A stretch of DNA of 64,000 nt from the human T2T-CHM13v2.0 reference genome, Homo sapiens. The DNA is taken from assembly GCF_009914755.1 (NCBI RefSeq), contig NC_060938.1; one strand, written 5' to 3'. Every line of letters starts with the position of its first letter. Positions within the stretch are counted from its first letter, which is position 1. Below, piece by piece: positions 56,000 through 64,000 of the stretch. The notes under the pieces are model-generated. The model saw nothing but the letters and a program-made list of their open reading frames with translations, ran no database searches and had not been told where the DNA came from. Position numbers and translations under genes: made by a program.

Positions 56000-56742
56000 A
56001 AACCCACAGTTTTAATCATGCTTTTGCTTGGCAAGCCGATTTCTCTAAGCCAGAGTGAGCCGCAAGGAGAGCCCACGGGTATTCATTTCACTTACTCTTT
56101 TCCTGTGCCGGGTAGTTTGAGGTGCTTGAGGATGCAGCAGTGAACGATGTTGATGACAATCTCTGCCCTCGGGCAGCTTCCTTTCTAGTAGGAGACAATA
56201 TGGAAATAAGAGAGTATCGTTGGCAATACTATGCTGACTGGCAGGGATGGACTGAGGACTTTACATAGGGCAGTCAGGCGAAGTCTCTAAGTAAGAGGAC
56301 ACTGAGTTACAAGGGTGACGAGCCAGACAGGACTGAAGGAGCTCTGGAGGAGGAATTTGCCAGAAAGAAAGACCAGGAAAGGCAAACCCCTCGAAGTTGG
56401 AACAAGCTTGGCTTAATGAAATAATCAAAAGGCGAGAAAGGTTGGTGTGTGGGGAAAACAGTTGGAAGTTGGGGAGGTAGGTAGGGGTCAGATCCAAGAG
56501 GGTCTTGTAGGGTCTGGTAAGGAGTTTGGATTTCACTGCCTGGGAGTTCTCTCTCCCAAATGACTGCTTGGACCGTGGTAGACAGGCAAGACCTGGCTGG
56601 GAATTAAGCAGGAGCGGGAGATGCAGAAGAAATGGATAATAAAATTACTAAACTCATGAGTAATAGTGGCCTATGAGTTCCATTTTTACTTCTGATGTGG
56701 CCCAGGAGTGGCTATGTGGACTGTCAAAACACTTGTGATGGT

Positions 56743-57013
56743 GCTGGGCATGGTGGCACATGCCTGTAATCTCAGCACTTTGGGAGGCTGAGGAGGGCAG
56801 ATCACTTGGGTCAGGAGTTCAAGATCAGCCTGGCCAACATGGTGAAACCATCTCTACTAAAAATAGAAAAAAATTACCTGGGCATGGTGGAGCATGCCTG
56901 TAATCCCAGCTGTTCGGGTGGCTGAGGCAGGAGAATCACTTGAACTTAGGAGTTCAAGACCAGCCTGGGCAACAGAGCAAGACTGTGTCTATACTCATTT
57001 AAAAAAAAAAAAA
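56743..57013 (+). mobile_element. Alu
   Basis: Dimer with an atypical right arm. Confidence 0.85.
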
Positions 57014-57189
57014 GATCCATGGCATAAAGGTCTCACCAGCTTTAAGTCTCTCTGATGAAAGGTTCCGTTTCTTCATCTTCATTCAGAATTTTATTTCCCT
57101 TTCTTTTTTCCTAAAGGATTTCTTCAAGCACTTCTTTATTTTTCTAGTTTTATTTCTGTGCCCCGAATCTGACAATTAATACACTCCTT

Positions 57190-57547
57190 TTATTAGTCCG
57201 TTTTCACACTGCTATAAAGAACTACCTGAGACTCGGTAATTTATAAAGAAAAGAGGTTTATTGACTCACAGTTCCACATGGCTGGCAAGGCCTCAGGAAA
57301 CTTATAATAATGGTGGAAGGCAAAGGGGAAGCCAGGCATGTCTTACATGGCAGCAGGAGGGGAGTGGGGAAGTGCCACATTTTTAAACCGTCAGATCTCG
57401 TGAGAGAACTCACTCAGCATCACGAGACCAGCATGGGGGAAATCCGTCCCCATGATCCAATCACCTCCCACTGGGTCCCTCCCCTAACAAGTGGAGATTA
57501 CAATTTGACATGAGATTTGGGTAGGCACAGAGAGCCGAACCATATCA
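57190..57547 (-). mobile_element. MST/THE1-type MaLR solo LTR
   Basis: tattagtccgttttcacactgctataaagaactacctgagac...gagatttgggt...aaccatatca (reverse complement of the TGATATGG.. LTR start). Confidence 0.88.
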
Positions 57548-58165
57548 CCCCTTTTACTATTGCATATATCATGTGTTTTATAATTATAAAAGTGATATTT
57601 GCTTATTGTGGAAAATTTGAAAAATACAGAAAAGAAAAAAATGTAAACCACCCATATTTCCATCACTCAGAGATAAGTACTGTTAATGTTTTGGGGAAGC
57701 CTGTAGTCCTGGAGTTCTTAACTTGGGCTCCACGGATAGAATCAGTGTTTCATTTTTAGTTTCATTAACTTCTAATTAAAATTTAACATTTCTTTTGATT
57801 ATGAATATGGGCAACAAACTAGTATTAGTAGAGCTTGTGATTTTTGTCACTGACAGAAATCACAGATATTTTCTTTTCACAATAATTGTTTCAAAATGTC
57901 ATTTCTAGTCATTGCTACTTCAAAATTGCAGTAATTATTAAACCCATCACTAGCTATTATTATTTAATGTGTCAATAAAGAGAAACGTATCACTGTAACA
58001 CATTTTTAAAATATTTTGATAACCATATTTTAATTTAGTTGATTTTCTTAGAAGTCCTATGTATTTATACATTTTAAAGCATTATTATAATAAAGGGTCC
58101 ATTCATTTCGCCAAACTTCCAGAGGGTCTACAATACAAAAGGTACCTGTACAGGCTAAGAAGTTT

Positions 58166-61120
<2,955 letters not shown>

Positions 61121-61756
61121 TAGTATATATTTTGTATACTTTTTCTCATGTTAATGTGTGCTTTGTTGTCAGCCATTAACCTAGCAATGGAAAGAAAAAA
61201 TACTTATTTTTCCCCGACATTAATCTACCATAGTTTACTTACTGTCACCCTGTTGTTCTCATAGCCAGTGAAAATGGCTAGTAATTGTTTCAAGTAAGGA
61301 AGAATGACAGTGGGAAAAAAATAGAAGAAATGAAACATGAAAGAAATCTATTGGCAGAATCTGATACAGCGCAGAAAGTAGTGGTTTTTTTCATGGAGTC
61401 ACTTCTCCATCTTGTGGATTTCTAGAACAGTAGAGCTTAATATTTTCAACTTAAGTCTAGGAACACACCTGGCTTTTATGTGGAATGTTTCTCTTCCCTT
61501 GTAATATCAGGATACTTTTTGTTCTTGTGCACTAAAGGTTTTTTAATGTAATAAGCCAAGCTTGTGAGAAAGTTTAGATAAAAGATGGATCTAATTTGAT
61601 GGGCATAGGTTTTACAAATAGATTCAATTAGACCATAACACCCTCAGCTCAGTTTTATTATTTTGATCAAGCCACAGCTGTGTAGGCTTGGAAATAAGTT
61701 ACCTTTATGTAACTATTTTTTTATGAAGATTTCAAAGGAAAGGTAAAAAAGCCCTG

Positions 61757-62795
<1,039 letters not shown>

Positions 62796-63017
62796 TGGAC
62801 GTGAGTATTTTTAAAAAGCTCCCAAGTTATTTTTAGGGAGCTGCCAGAGTTGAGCACTCTTGGGAGGATATCTTTCCCTCTGCCATCCCAGGCTCTAAAG
62901 TTAGAGGCCTGTAAATTAACTGACAATAGACTTTAATAGAAGAAAATGTTAATTTACCTACTGGGGTGTTGTGTAGTACAATGTAACTCTCTGAATAGCC
63001 AGAGATAGAGGTATCCA

Positions 63018-63650
63018 GTAGGGCCTTTGTATTTGTGGATTCTGCATCCATGAATTCAACCAACCAAGGGTGGAAAATATTCAGAGAGCTGGTTTGGTGG
63101 CTCACGCCTGTAATCTCAGCACTTTGGGAGGCTGAGACAGGAGGATTCCTTGAGCCCGAGAGTTTGAGACCAGCCTGGGCAACAAAGTGAAACCCCTGTC
63201 TCTACAAAAAAAAAAATCAAAAAAATTAGCCAGGTGTTGTGGCACGTGCCTACTGTCCCAGCTACACGGGAGGCTGAGGCAGCAGGATCCCTTGAGCCCA
63301 GGATGTCAAGGCTGCAGTGAGCCATGTTCATGCCACTGCACTCCAGCCTGGGTGAGACCCTGTCTCGAAAAAAAAAGAAAAAGAGAAAAAATAATGTCTG
63401 TACTGAACTCGCGTAGACTTTTTTCTTGCCATCATTCCCTAATCAATACAGGATAATGGCTATTTACATATAATTTACATTGTATTAGGTATAAGAAGTA
63501 ATCTAGAGATGCTTTAAGGTATACAGGAGGATTGCATAGGCTATATGCAAACACGATGCCATTTTATACCAGGAACTTAAGCGTCTGTAGATTTTGGTAT
63601 CTGAGGGAGGTCCTGGAACCAATCCCCCACTAATACAGAGGGACAACTGT
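63018..63650. mobile_element. MER2 (Tigger-family) element interrupted by a sense Alu (63085-63390)
   Basis: gattctgcatccatgaattcaaccaacc ... tttacattgtattaggtataagaagtaatctagagatg ... gagggacaactgta. Confidence 0.78.
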
Positions 63651-64000
63651 ATATACCACCTTAAACAAAAGGAGGGAGGCTTAGGGCTTCAGTGGGAATG
63701 TGTGGAAGGTTCTATTGTGTTTTTTGATGCCGAATGAATCTGAATTAGGACTTTCTGGTGCTAAGCCTCAGTCTTTTCCCAATCAAGAAACTTCCTCCCA
63801 GGAAACCTCAGAAATTTATTTGTCACAGTCCTGGAGGCTGGGAAGTCCAGGATCATGTTGCCTGCAGATTTGGTGTCTGGTGATAGCCTGTTTCACAGAT
63901 GACATATTCTTGTTGTGTCCTCACATGGTACAAGGGGCAAGGCAGCTCTCTGGGCAGTTTTTTACAAGAGAACTGAATAGAAAACAACAAAACAAAACAC

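Overview
Primate (almost certainly human, chr14q24.1) genomic DNA, very Alu-rich, with two convergent protein-coding genes. On the + strand, 27 coding exons of PLEKHH1 (coiled-coil / 2xPH / MyTH4 / FERM) run from 10949 to the stop at 42355. They splice into one open frame of 1322 codons; the true N-terminal exon(s) lie upstream of the window. A ~2.3 kb 3' UTR follows. On the - strand lies the complete 4-exon PIGH gene (188 aa, GPI-GlcNAc transferase subunit H), with a CpG-island promoter at ~55.0-55.5 kb. The two genes end tail-to-tail among interleaved poly(A) signals at ~44.4-44.7 kb. The remainder is intronic or intergenic repeat sequence (>45 Alu pieces, L1 fragments, MIR/L2, MaLR and ERV1 solo LTRs, Tigger/MER DNA elements). 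Nearly all ORFs in the supplied track are Alu-derived or exon read-through artefacts. I found no new gene or wholly novel system. The best leads are RNA-level and remain hypotheses: an APA-dependent sense/antisense overlap, a duplicated PIGH 5' splice site carrying an in-frame stop, inverted-Alu-flanked exon blocks that would form stop-free circles, recursive-splice-like exon starts, a tandem E-box, and an old local duplication. Exon numbers are recalled from the usual annotation, and repeat family names are by eye.
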